Shown one piece after another: positions 22,674-31,952 of a DNA stretch of 64,000 nucleotides (position 1 is the stretch's first letter; each line of letters begins with the position of its first letter). Origin of the DNA: Planctomycetota bacterium. Its GTDB lineage: Bacteria; Planctomycetota; B15-G4; JADJEK01. A program made the position numbers and the translations under genes. The notes below the pieces were generated by a model, which was given only the letters and a program-made list of their open reading frames with translations, was not told where the DNA came from and did not search any database. The stretch lies in contig JBGAIQ010000022.1 of the NCBI GenBank assembly GCA_044225365.1, forward strand, positions 1 through 64,000, written 5' to 3'.

Positions 22674-23890
22674 AGGCCACGATCGATTCCCTGCGCACGG
22701 CGATCGCCCTCTCCGTCCTGCTCGTCCTCCCGTGCCGCGCGCACGCGCAGGTGGCGGTGAAGGGCAAGGTCATCCTCACGATGGCGGGCGATCCAATCCT
22801 CGACGGCGTCGTCGTCATCGAGAAGGGAAAGATCGCCGCGATCGGCAAGGCGGCCGACGTGAAGATCCCGGATGGGATCAAGGTGGTCGAAGCCGGCTTC
22901 GTGACTCCCGGCCTCATCGACGCCCGTTCGACCGTCGGACTCTCGGGCATCTTGAACGTTCCGGCCGATCAGGATCAGGTCGACAAGAGCGAGGCGATGC
23001 AGCCCGAGCTGCGCGCGATCGACGCTTACAACGCGCGCGAGGAGCTGATCGGCTGGATCCGTGGCTTCGGCGTGACGACGATCCACACGGGTCACGGCCC
23101 GGGCCCGCTGATCTCGGGGCAAACGCTCATCGCGAAACTCCATGGGTCGACCGTCGACGAAGCGGTGATCGTCCCCTGCGCCATGATCGCGGCCACACTC
23201 GGGTCGCAGGATGGCGATGCCAAGGCCAAAGGACCTGGCACGCGTGCGCGCGCGGCCGCCGTGCTGCGCCAAGCACTCCTCGACGCCAAGGCGTGGTCGG
23301 AGAAGCGCGCGAAGGACGACAAGGTCGAGATGAAGCTGAAGAACGAGGCGCTCGCGCGGCTGCTGAACCGCGAACTCCCGCTCCTCGTCACCGCCGACCG
23401 CCCCCAGGACATCACGACGGCGATTCGCATCGCGCAGGAATTCAACCTGCGACTCGTGCTCGATTCGGCCGCGTCCTGCGCCTCACTCGTGCCGGAGATC
23501 AAGAAGGCTGGTTGCCCGGTGTTCCTGCATCCCACGATGGCGCGACCGAGCGGCGATCGCCGCGACCTGCGCGTGGACGATGCCGCAACACTACGTGCCG
23601 CCGGTATCCCTTTCGCGCTCGAGGCAGGCTTCGAAGGTTACGTCCCGAAGACGCGCGTCGTGCTGTTCGAAGCGGGCATGGCTTGCGCGAACGGCCTCGA
23701 TCATCGCGACGCGATGGCGGCGATCACGATCGACGCGGCGACGCTCCTCGGCATCGAGAAGCGCGTGGGCTCACTCGAACTCGGCAAGGACGGCGACCTC
23801 GCCCTCTACGACGGCGACCCCTTCGAATGGACGAGCCACTGCACCGGCACGATCATCGAGGGCGAGTCGTTCGCGGGCGAGAAGCGGTGA
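22670..23890 (+). CDS. Secreted amidohydrolase family protein (degenerate metal site)
   Basis: Signal peptide ending AHA-Q; PGLIDARS replaces DxHxH; GSLELGKDGDL; ATGA overlap with the preceding paralog. Confidence 0.88.
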   Translation: MKATIDSLRTAIALSVLLVLPCRAHAQVAVKGKVILTMAGDPILDGVVVIEKGKIAAIGKAADVKIPDGIKVVEAGFVTPGLIDARSTVGLSGILNVPADQDQVDKSEAMQPELRAIDAYNAREELIGWIRGFGVTTIHTGHGPGPLISGQTLIAKLHGSTVDEAVIVPCAMIAATLGSQDGDAKAKGPGTRARAAAVLRQALLDAKAWSEKRAKDDKVEMKLKNEALARLLNRELPLLVTADRPQDITTAIRIAQEFNLRLVLDSAASCASLVPEIKKAGCPVFLHPTMARPSGDRRDLRVDDAATLRAAGIPFALEAGFEGYVPKTRVVLFEAGMACANGLDHRDAMAAITIDAATLLGIEKRVGSLELGKDGDLALYDGDPFEWTSHCTGTIIEGESFAGEKR

Positions 23891-24036
23891 TCCGCCGAGA
23901 CGAGTGGATGGTGCTGCCGACTCGAGTCGGTCGCTGATTCGACTTGTTTGCCACAGAGGCCCTCGGAGGATGGAGGGGGACGAGTGGATTCTCGTGGCCG
24001 ATACCCACCGCGTCTTAGGGCAGGAATTCGAGCGGT

Positions 24037-24441
24037 TCAGCGCAACGAACTTGGATGGCTAGGGTGATTGAGGACCCGACGGATGCCTTGCTTCAATCTG
24101 AGGGCACCGAAGTTGATGAGAAGCCCTACGCTCAGGTCCGCGAGTCGCAAATACGTGAGGACCTGCGAGGTGTGGACCGCGGAGAGCGATGCGATCGACT
24201 TGACCTCGATCAAGACGGTATCGTCCACGATGAGATCGGCGCGAAACGCCAAAGGCACGATCAGGGTCTTGTACCGCACAGAGAGCTTCTTCTGTCGTTC
24301 GACGCGGTGCCCCTTCCCAATCAATTCGTACTCCAAACAGGATTCGTAACAAGATTCGAGCATTCCCGATCCCAGGTGGGTGTGGACCTCGAATGCCGCG
24401 CCCAGGATGCTCTGAGTCAGAGCGGTATCTTCGTTGATCAT
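24037..24441 (-). CDS. GxxExxY protein (PD-(D/E)XK nuclease superfamily)
   Basis: 134 aa; EVHTHLGSGMLESCYE, RADLIVDDTVLIEVKS, QVLTYL, GLLINFG; visibly more AT-rich than its neighbours. Confidence 0.93.
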   Translation of the reverse strand: MINEDTALTQSILGAAFEVHTHLGSGMLESCYESCLEYELIGKGHRVERQKKLSVRYKTLIVPLAFRADLIVDDTVLIEVKSIASLSAVHTSQVLTYLRLADLSVGLLINFGALRLKQGIRRVLNHPSHPSSLR

Positions 24442-24546
24442 CGATTCAAAGAATGCCGCACTCCGATCGAAGTATCACGATCGAGCGTCTTTTCGACCCC
24501 CTCCGCGGGCCTCTTCCTACCTCACTCGCCCTCCCTGGCAAACTCT

Positions 24547-25073
24547 GGATCGTTCCCCATCACTGAACCGGAGAACGCCGCAGCGAGCTGCGCGGCTGTC
24601 CTTCAACGCCACGGGGATCGTTTCTCACGGAGGACCACGGAGGTAGGAGAAGAACAGAAGTTTGGAAAGGGGCCGTCCGCCGCAGGCAATGCGATCGCGG
24701 TCGCACGCGCGTTCGCCTCGACCGCCGAGAGGGCCCCCTTTCACGCTTCATGCCCTCCGTGGGCCTCCTCTGACCTCCGTGAACCTCCGTGGCAATCTCC
24801 GGATCGTTCCCCATCACTGAACCCGGGAACGCCGCAGCGAGCTGCGCGGCTGTCCTTCAACGCCACGGGATCGTTTCTCACGGAGGACCACGGAGGTCAG
24901 AGGAGGACCACGGAGGTAGGAGAAGAACACAAGTTTGGAAAGGGGCCGTCCGCCGCAGGCAATGCGATCGCGGTCGCACGCGCGTTCGCCTCGACCGCCG
25001 AGAGGGCCCCCTTTCACGCTTCATGCCCTCCGTGGGCCTCCTCTGACCTCCGTGGCAATCTCCGGATCGTTCC
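24547..25073. repeat. Two tandem non-coding units (254 and 263 bp), each with internal inverted CCACGGAGG-type arms
   Basis: GGATCGTTCC starts at 24547, 24801 and 25064. The units are near-identical. Arms 24889-24916 and 25027-25054 form a 27/28 inverted repeat. Confidence 0.92.
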
Positions 25074-25141
25074 ACGTCAGCGATCGTCGGAATGCGGAAA
25101 CGATCGTCGCGGCCACCTGCAGGAAAGAGGACGACCCCCGT

Positions 25142-26509
25142 CTAGGACATGCGCGCCAGGACCGTCGCGCGGCCAATCTTCTCCCGGATGCGGAGCACGA
25201 GTAGGACGGCGACGACTGCGAGACCGAGCGTGAGGCCGAGCCAGAGACCGCGAGGGCCGTATTCGTAGCGATGCGCGAGCACGAGACCGACGGGTAGACC
25301 GACGATCCAATAACCGACGAAATTGATGATCGCGGCGGCCTTGGTGTCCGCGATACCGCGCAGCACACCGCAACCGACGGCTTGAACGCCGTCGAAGACC
25401 TGAAAGATCCCAGCGATCGGGAGGAGGAGCACCGCCATCGCCTGTACGGCTTCGCTGCTCGTGTAGGCCCGCGAGAGCCATCCGGGAAAGACGATGAACG
25501 ACAGAGCGAAGACCGTCATCGCACCGCCGCCGATGATGAGCGAGGCATAGGCCGCGCGCTGCGCCGCGTTCACGTCACCGCGTCCGACCGCGTTGCCGAC
25601 GCGCGTCGCAGCCGCGGCGCCGATGCCGAACGGAACCATGAACGAGACCGACGCGAGGTTCATCGCCACCTGATGGCCCGCCATCGCGAGATCGGAGATC
25701 TTCACCATCTGGAAGCCGACGGCGTTGAAGACCCAGACCTCGAGCGCGCTCTGCAGTCCGATGTGGGAACCGCGCACGAGCAGGGTTCCGTAGGGCCGCG
25801 GTTCGAAGACCGTGCGATCGGGGCGACGCACGACGCCGCGCAGCGCCGGCAGAGCGCCGAGCACGAGCGCGGCCAGCATCACGTAGCGACTGATCGTCGT
25901 CGATACGGCGGACCCGGCAGCGCCCATCTCCGGTGCGCCGAGCTTGCCGAAGATGAACATGTAATTGAACAACACGTTCGAGACGTTGCCGACGATTGCC
26001 GAGATGACGATCGGCCGCACCACGCTCATCGCCTGCAATACCTGGCGAACGACGTTGAACAGGAAGTACGCGGGAAGACCCGGAATGAGCAGCGTGGCGT
26101 AGCGCTGCGCGTCGTGGACGATCGGTTTGTCACCCATCAGGAGTCGCATGAGCGGATCGCCGAATCCGATCGCGAGACCGATCCCGACCGACAGCACCAT
26201 GGCGATCACGACGCCGCGCCAGAAGGCGTGCGAGACCTCGGAGATCTCCTGCGCGCCCCAAGCCTGCGAGACGACGGGATCGAGCACCATGATGGCGCCG
26301 ATCGCGAAGATCATGAGGGCGAAGGCGAAAGTATGGCCCGCCCCCACCGCCGCCATCGCGTGCTCGTCCACGCGGCCGACCATCATCACGTCGACGACGC
26401 CGAGCATCATCATGCCGAGCTGCGCCGTGACGACGGGGATGGCGAGCCGCGTGATCGCACGCAGCTCGGCGCGCATCGCGTCGGTCATCAGGGTCGATAG
26501 GAAGGCCAT
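25142..26509 (-). CDS. MATE family efflux transporter (alternative start 26488)
   Basis: LAIPVV.AQLG...VDVMMVG, RVGNAVG and FQVFDGVQ...GVLRG..DTK; about 12 TM helices. Confidence 0.93.
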   Translation of the reverse strand: MAFLSTLMTDAMRAELRAITRLAIPVVTAQLGMMMLGVVDVMMVGRVDEHAMAAVGAGHTFAFALMIFAIGAIMVLDPVVSQAWGAQEISEVSHAFWRGVVIAMVLSVGIGLAIGFGDPLMRLLMGDKPIVHDAQRYATLLIPGLPAYFLFNVVRQVLQAMSVVRPIVISAIVGNVSNVLFNYMFIFGKLGAPEMGAAGSAVSTTISRYVMLAALVLGALPALRGVVRRPDRTVFEPRPYGTLLVRGSHIGLQSALEVWVFNAVGFQMVKISDLAMAGHQVAMNLASVSFMVPFGIGAAAATRVGNAVGRGDVNAAQRAAYASLIIGGGAMTVFALSFIVFPGWLSRAYTSSEAVQAMAVLLLPIAGIFQVFDGVQAVGCGVLRGIADTKAAAIINFVGYWIVGLPVGLVLAHRYEYGPRGLWLGLTLGLAVVAVLLVLRIREKIGRATVLARMS

Positions 26510-26588
26510 TCCAGCAGACTACAGCCCGCTTTCGAAAAAGCTGCGGCGCACTCGCACCGACGCCGCTGGTCCTTCGTAGGATCCCAAC

Positions 26589-27065
26589 GTGGCCGCCTCA
26601 CGCGAATCCAAGAACCCACCCACTCACCTCGAGTCCGCGATCCTCGGGGCGTGGATCGCGTCGATCCTGATGTTCTGGATCGCCAGCCTGTCCCATCGCA
26701 CGCATCCCGAATTCGCCCTCGACCTCGATTCAGCCCTGCGATCCCGCCTCGCCGCGGTCGAGAGCTCGCTCGGCGCGCTGCTCGTCGTGCTCGTGCTGCG
26801 GCGGGGAGTGCACGGATTGAAGCTCCTCCTCCCCTTCTTGGCGCTCGCACTCGCCCTGATCGCCGCGCTCTGGCTCGCCCCGGATGCCGCGACCCTCGAG
26901 CACTCGCTGCTCGACGTACGAAAGCTCGCATCCGCGGAGTCGGCATCCCGCCTCGGCCGGATCCGCACATTGCGGCGTGTGCTCTTCTCGGTCGATGCCG
27001 GACGCGTGATCGCGCTCGCAGGTCAACTCCTGATCGACGCCACGCGGCGTGGAGGCCGGCGATGA
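26589..27065 (+). CDS. Small hypothetical membrane protein (about 4 TM)
   Basis: 158-aa hydrophobic ORF whose stop overlaps the ATG of the RluA gene (ATGA). Confidence 0.6.
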   Translation: MAASRESKNPPTHLESAILGAWIASILMFWIASLSHRTHPEFALDLDSALRSRLAAVESSLGALLVVLVLRRGVHGLKLLLPFLALALALIAALWLAPDAATLEHSLLDVRKLASAESASRLGRIRTLRRVLFSVDAGRVIALAGQLLIDATRRGGRR

Positions 27066-27730
27066 GCGATCTCGCGATCCTCTCCGAGGACGACGACCTC
27101 CTGGCAGTCGACAAGCCGGCCGGAGTTCTGTCATTCCCCCCGACCGGCCGCAGCGAGCGCAATCTCACCGACATCGCTCGCGCGCACGCGAGCCGAAGAG
27201 GCGCATCGTGCTTCGCCGTGCATCGACTCGATCGCGATACGTCCGGCGTGCTCGTCTTCGCCAAGACCGAGGCCGCGAAGGCGGCGCTCGATCGCGCGTT
27301 TCGCGACGGCGGAGTGAAGAAGACGTACCTCGCGATCGTGAACGGCGTTCCGCGCCCGCCGCTCGGTCGCGTGAAGACCTACATCGCGGACAAGGGCGAT
27401 CGGGCGATCTCGTCGCGTACGCCGCTGCGAGACGGCAAGACGGCGATCACGAACTATCGCACCCTCGAGCGCTTCGCGAACGCGGCGCTGATCGAAGCGC
27501 GACCCGAGACGGGCCGCTTCAATCAGATTCGATTGCACTGCGTCGACATCGGCTGCCCCATCGTCGGCGAGCGCAAGTACGCCGTCGCGAGTCGACTCCC
27601 GATGCGAGGCAAGCGAATGATGCTCCATGCGAGTCGACTCGAGTTCAAGCACCCGCGAGACGGTCGCGCCCTCGTGATCGAAGCTCCGCTTCCCGCGGAT
27701 TTCGAAGCACTGCTCGATTCGCTGCGCTGA
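27062..27730 (+). CDS. RluA family pseudouridine synthase
   Basis: VDKPAG, VHRLDRDTSG, TGRFNQIRLH, PIVGERKY, LHA. Confidence 0.93.
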   Translation: MSDLAILSEDDDLLAVDKPAGVLSFPPTGRSERNLTDIARAHASRRGASCFAVHRLDRDTSGVLVFAKTEAAKAALDRAFRDGGVKKTYLAIVNGVPRPPLGRVKTYIADKGDRAISSRTPLRDGKTAITNYRTLERFANAALIEARPETGRFNQIRLHCVDIGCPIVGERKYAVASRLPMRGKRMMLHASRLEFKHPRDGRALVIEAPLPADFEALLDSLR

Positions 27731-27888
27731 TTCGCGCGCTCGATGCAGCGATGCCGCATCGACGATGCATGCAGAGGATGATGCAGACGGTTCTTTCCTT
27801 TTCGATTTGGATTCGTCATTCTCTGCGCGAGTTCGATGAACGCTGTGTTCGTCGCAAAGAGCCACCCTGACCTCGGAGGGGTTTCAAC

Positions 27889-27969
27889 ATGGCGGTCGCA
27901 AAGAAGGCCAGCAAGGCCAAGGCATCTTCCAAGAAGCCGATGGCTTCCAAGAAGGCCAAGAAGAAGTGA
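27889..27969 (+). CDS. 26-aa Lys/Ala-rich basic peptide MAVAKKASKAKASSKKPMASKKAKKK (not in the ORF track)
   Basis: GGAGG RBS upstream, all 11 Lys codons are AAG, fills an otherwise empty intergenic gap, followed by hairpins. Confidence 0.72.
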   Translation: MAVAKKASKAKASSKKPMASKKAKKK

Positions 27970-28020
27970 GTCCCTCGAACCCCTGAGTCTCCACGACTCA
28001 CGGGGCGCGAAACTCACGGC

Positions 28021-28062
28021 GGGCCGCGCGTGCGCAAGCATGCGCGGCCCTCGTCCGTTTTC
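28021..28062 (+). terminator. Putative intrinsic terminator (13-bp stem, GCAA tetraloop)
   Basis: GGGCCGCGCGTGC-GCAA-GCATGCGCGGCCC with one G.U pair, followed by TCGTCCGTTTT; lies between convergent genes. Confidence 0.6.
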
Positions 28063-28104
28063 GGGGTGTTCGTAACCGTCTTGGAATCGACGTTTCGAAG
28101 CAGA

Positions 28105-28722
28105 TCAAGAGGGGTTGGCGCGTCGCGAGAGAAGTTCGAACGTCTTCTTGAATCGCTCCATCGCCCGCGCCTTCGCCTTCTCCGCGGCGTCGTACTCGAC
28201 TCCGATCCGCTTCGCGATGTCGGTATTGGTCTCGCCCTGACAGACTGCGCGGACGATCTCCTGATCGCGCGGAAGCAGGCACCCGATCGCGCGCGCGGCG
28301 AGCGCAACGACTTCGCGGCGCATCGCGAACGTGGCCGGCCCGATCATCTCCGCCATCGGATTCACTCCGAACGACGACGTCGCGCCGCCCCCGCCACCAC
28401 CGTCGCTCGTCGTGATTCGAAGCATCGCACCGCCATCGCGTCGAAGCGCCGTCCAGTAATCACGTCGATCCGCGATGTGCTGCTTCGCGATGAGGTAGAG
28501 CCAGGCGAGGAACTCCCGCTCTCCGCGGTAGTCGAACTGATCGACCTGACGCAGAGCACGCATGTGAACGCCCTGGACGAGATCCTCGACACCTTCGTGT
28601 CGCTGGAGCGATTTGGCCTCGCGATCGAGGAAGTTCGTGAGCGCCCCGCGATGTTTCGCGAGCAGCGCACTCAGCTCAGCGACCTTCTCGTTCTCGCCCG
28701 CCGAATCGTTCTTCGTCGTCAT
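28105..28722 (-). CDS. ECF RNA polymerase sigma factor (Planctomycete type)
   Basis: Region 2 EDLVQ...EFLAWLYLIA...RRD; region 4 LLPRDQEIV...TDIAKRIG...KARA; GGAGG RBS before ATG 28722. Confidence 0.88.
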   Translation of the reverse strand: MTTKNDSAGENEKVAELSALLAKHRGALTNFLDREAKSLQRHEGVEDLVQGVHMRALRQVDQFDYRGEREFLAWLYLIAKQHIADRRDYWTALRRDGGAMLRITTSDGGGGGGATSSFGVNPMAEMIGPATFAMRREVVALAARAIGCLLPRDQEIVRAVCQGETNTDIAKRIGVEYDAAEKAKARAMERFKKTFELLSRRANPS

Positions 28723-28746
28723 GTCGGCCTCCATATGGGAACGCAC

Positions 28747-30393
28747 TCAACGCGGCACGACGAAGAGCAACCGCGGCGGCGCGCTCTCGGAATCCCGCTC
28801 GAGCAATGCGAAGTCGTCCTTCCCATCGCCATCGAGGTCGAGGGCGAAGAGCGCCGACGCGCCCTTCGCGCCGATCGGCGTCGATGCGAGATCGAGCGTG
28901 TAGACGGGCGGCGCGCGGTGCGCGCGCTCGTTCAGCTCGACCCCGAGCAACGGCAGCCACGCGACGACTTCGTGTAGCCCGATGGTCAACTCCGTCTTGC
29001 CCTTCGCATCACGATCGAAGCGCTTGGCGACTTCGTTCCACGACAGCGCGTCGTCGAGATCGAGGTCGTCCGCAGCGTGCGTGTGGACCTCGAGCTTGCC
29101 GTCCGCGGTGAGTAGCGCGAGGTCGTTGTTCTTGCCGTCGCCGTCGAAGTCGCATACGGCCGGTACCGAGATGAGCTGCGAACGCAGCGCCTTGGTCTCT
29201 TCCTTGATCTTGTCGACCGTCGACTTCGCCGATGGAAGAGAGATCGTGACCGTGCGCCGACTCGATGGCTTGCGCGCGAACGACAGCGGCTTGTCCTTGT
29301 CCTGTCGATACACGAAGAGTTCGACCTGCAGATCGCCGCTCGCGACGAGCCAGAACAGGACCTGCGCGAGCGAGATGTCGCCGACGTGCAGCATGAAGAG
29401 GTCGAGCTTCCCGTCCCCGTCCTCGTCGTAGAGAGCGACCGCGAGCAGGTTCCCCGACGTCGGGAGCACCGCCGCCGCTTTCTTCATGTCGATCCCGTCC
29501 CGAGTCCCGCGGTAGACGACGACCGTCTTGCCCTTCTGCACGACGAGATCGGAGATCCCGTCGCCGTCGACATCGCGCGCGATCTGGCTCACCTTCGAGT
29601 CGAGGATCGAGAGGATGTTGTGCGTGTCGATCAGTCCCGCTTTCGCCTTCGGGAGCGCGGACTGGATCTTCTCGATGTCGACCGTGAACGTGGGCGTGGT
29701 CGGCAGATGCCCGTCGCGATCGGACCAGTAGAACTGTGCAACCTTCTCGTCGCGGAACGCGAGATCGGGGTGTCCATCGCCGTTCTGGTCGCGGGCATCG
29801 AAATCACGCACGACGATCGACTGGCCGAGGTAGGGATCGCGATCGAGGTAGCCCTTGATCGAGACGTCGATGTTCATCCGATGTTCGACGCGCGGCCCCT
29901 TCTTCATCCCTTCGTTCGTGGCGAAGTAGAGCTGGAAACCGACGGCGACCGGGATGGCGAGGTCGACGGCGCCGTCGCCGTCGAGATCCCTCGCGAACCG
30001 AAGCGGATAGACGCCGGACGGCAGCATCGCGTCCGCGTCGGTCACGATCGTCGCGACTTCGAGCGTGCGCGGGTTCCAGGTGCGGACTCGGCGGTGATCG
30101 TCGAGCACGAACACCCGCTCGTTCTCGCCATGACCCGCGACGCAGTAGGCCAGCAAACGATCGTCGCCGATAGGGAACTGCGGGGCTTCGCCGTTGCTCG
30201 CTTCGGAGGCGTTCCACGCCACGAGCGAAAGGCCTCGAGGCGTCGCGACGACGAGCCGCGCGACGCGGTCGGCGCCACGCACCAGGGCCGCGCCTTCGAC
30301 CTCCGGGTCGAGGGTCGTTACCGCGAACTTGCCATCCCCGTCCGGAAAGGCGGCGCCGAGAACGAGGGCGAAGCTCGCGCTGGCCAGGGTCAT
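28747..30393 (-). CDS. Secreted FG-GAP/VCBS repeat protein
   Basis: Repeated DxDGDGxxD motifs (DLDGDGAVD, DQNGDGHPD, DVDGDGISD, DEDGDGKLD, DLDGDGKDD); ATGA overlap. Confidence 0.88.
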   Translation of the reverse strand: MTLASASFALVLGAAFPDGDGKFAVTTLDPEVEGAALVRGADRVARLVVATPRGLSLVAWNASEASNGEAPQFPIGDDRLLAYCVAGHGENERVFVLDDHRRVRTWNPRTLEVATIVTDADAMLPSGVYPLRFARDLDGDGAVDLAIPVAVGFQLYFATNEGMKKGPRVEHRMNIDVSIKGYLDRDPYLGQSIVVRDFDARDQNGDGHPDLAFRDEKVAQFYWSDRDGHLPTTPTFTVDIEKIQSALPKAKAGLIDTHNILSILDSKVSQIARDVDGDGISDLVVQKGKTVVVYRGTRDGIDMKKAAAVLPTSGNLLAVALYDEDGDGKLDLFMLHVGDISLAQVLFWLVASGDLQVELFVYRQDKDKPLSFARKPSSRRTVTISLPSAKSTVDKIKEETKALRSQLISVPAVCDFDGDGKNNDLALLTADGKLEVHTHAADDLDLDDALSWNEVAKRFDRDAKGKTELTIGLHEVVAWLPLLGVELNERAHRAPPVYTLDLASTPIGAKGASALFALDLDGDGKDDFALLERDSESAPPRLLFVVPR

Positions 30394-31952
30394 TGTCCGG
30401 CCTCGCGGCGCGATACGAACATGATGAGGCTGTCCTCGAAGCGAAGGCACAGATCCGAGGCGCCGTCCTTCGTGAAGTCGAACGCCCACGCCGAGAGCAC
30501 CGGCGCGGGCGGGGAGTACGGGGGCAGCAACGATTCGCTCGCGAATGAGAGTTTGCCGTCTTCGACGAGGAGACGACGGATCTCGAGACGACCGTCGTCG
30601 TCCATGAACAGCAGATCGTCCCGACCGTCGCCGTCGTAGTCGCCGCTGAGGTGGAAGATCTCGGCTTCGGAGAGTCGGGAGAGTTTCTCCGGCGTGAACG
30701 TGCGGGTGAAGCGTACGTCGGGGCGCTTCGAGAACGAGCCATCGGGATGCCCCGTGTAGACCTCGAGCGCGATGTCCACCTTGATCCCCGTGAGCGAGGC
30801 GATTCCCGACGGCAATTGCGTGGTCTTGAGCACGAGATCCTTCTGACCGTCGCCGTCGACGTCGCGGAAGGAGATGTCGGCGTCGGACGCTTCGAACAAT
30901 AGCGCGGCGCGGGCGTCGGCCTTCAGCGTTCCATCGTCCTGGATTCCGAGCACGACGACTTCGAACTCCTTCTTCGTCCCGTCGCGATCACGCGTGATCC
31001 GAACGAGATCGCTCTGTCCGTCGGAATCGAAATCGACGAGCTCGAACGTGCGATCCTCGTCCTTCCCGGGCGGGTCGAGCGGAAGGATGAGCGGAGCCTT
31101 GAACGTGCCGTCGGCCTGCTGGAGTTGAACGGAGAGCGAGTCCTTCGCCACGACGACGGCGTCGGGCAGCTTGTCGGCGTTCCAGAACCCGAGGCGCGGC
31201 AGGTTCCACGTCCGACGGCGATCGAGGAGCGGCGGTCGTGCGAGCTTCGGCAAAGTCGAAGGCGCGCCTTGGAACAAGCGCAGCGCCCTCACGTCGTAGT
31301 CGCGCGTGCCCTTGTCGTCGTCGTCGTCGTCGAACTGCCTCGGGAGTCCGGGTTTCTCGTAGCTCGCGAAGCGACTCGGGATCGCGCCGCCTTCTTCGAG
31401 GTGCATCTCGCCGCTCGAGTCCTTCTGCGTCTTGAAGCACCGCAGACCGCCGATCTCCGGCAGCACGAGATCGTCGTCCCCGTCGAAATCGATGTCGAGG
31501 ATCCACGGCCACCGCGGCAACGATTGCGTCTCCGACAACTCCGGGAAGACCGGGCGGCGCAACTCGACTCGGGCGTTCCCCGCGAGGCCGGGCTTCGTGA
31601 ACGAGACGGAGAGCACGCCCGTCGGAGTCAGGAGCAGGAGTTCCTTTCCCGGTTCGGTGCGCACGTCCATGAGGCCGTAGGCGATGACCTCCGGTGGGAG
31701 CACTTGCGACCAATCGGGCTCGGAATGGAACGAGCGATCGTCGTGCTGGCGATGCAGCGACAGACGACGTCCCGCAGGCTCACGCGTCGTGACGAGGAGG
31801 TCCTTGAGACCGTCGCCATCGACGTCCTCGACTTCGTAGTCGACGAGATCGGTCGCGAAATCGAGGCGACTCTCGACGAACTTGGGGGGGGCCCCACGAG
31901 CGGACAGCGAGAAGCAAACCGCCGCGAGGCCGACGAGGCGCAGGCGCTTCAC
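30390..31952 (-). CDS. Secreted FG-GAP/VCBS repeat protein
   Basis: Signal peptide; DVDGDGLKD, DIDFDGDDD, DFDSDGQSD, DVDGDGQKD and DYDGDGRDD repeats. Confidence 0.88.
   Translation of the reverse strand: MKRLRLVGLAAVCFSLSARGAPPKFVESRLDFATDLVDYEVEDVDGDGLKDLLVTTREPAGRRLSLHRQHDDRSFHSEPDWSQVLPPEVIAYGLMDVRTEPGKELLLLTPTGVLSVSFTKPGLAGNARVELRRPVFPELSETQSLPRWPWILDIDFDGDDDLVLPEIGGLRCFKTQKDSSGEMHLEEGGAIPSRFASYEKPGLPRQFDDDDDDKGTRDYDVRALRLFQGAPSTLPKLARPPLLDRRRTWNLPRLGFWNADKLPDAVVVAKDSLSVQLQQADGTFKAPLILPLDPPGKDEDRTFELVDFDSDGQSDLVRITRDRDGTKKEFEVVVLGIQDDGTLKADARAALLFEASDADISFRDVDGDGQKDLVLKTTQLPSGIASLTGIKVDIALEVYTGHPDGSFSKRPDVRFTRTFTPEKLSRLSEAEIFHLSGDYDGDGRDDLLFMDDDGRLEIRRLLVEDGKLSFASESLLPPYSPPAPVLSAWAFDFTKDGASDLCLRFEDSLIMFVSRREAGQ

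Noticed and set aside
24037-24441. IS element or restriction-modification system
   Set aside because: No DDE/HUH transposase or methyltransferase gene nearby, and no clear target-site duplication seen.
24055-25233. 392-aa ORF and other short ORFs across the GxxExxY repeats
   Set aside because: These are translations of non-coding repeats and GxxExxY antisense; the two units differ by small indels that shift frames.
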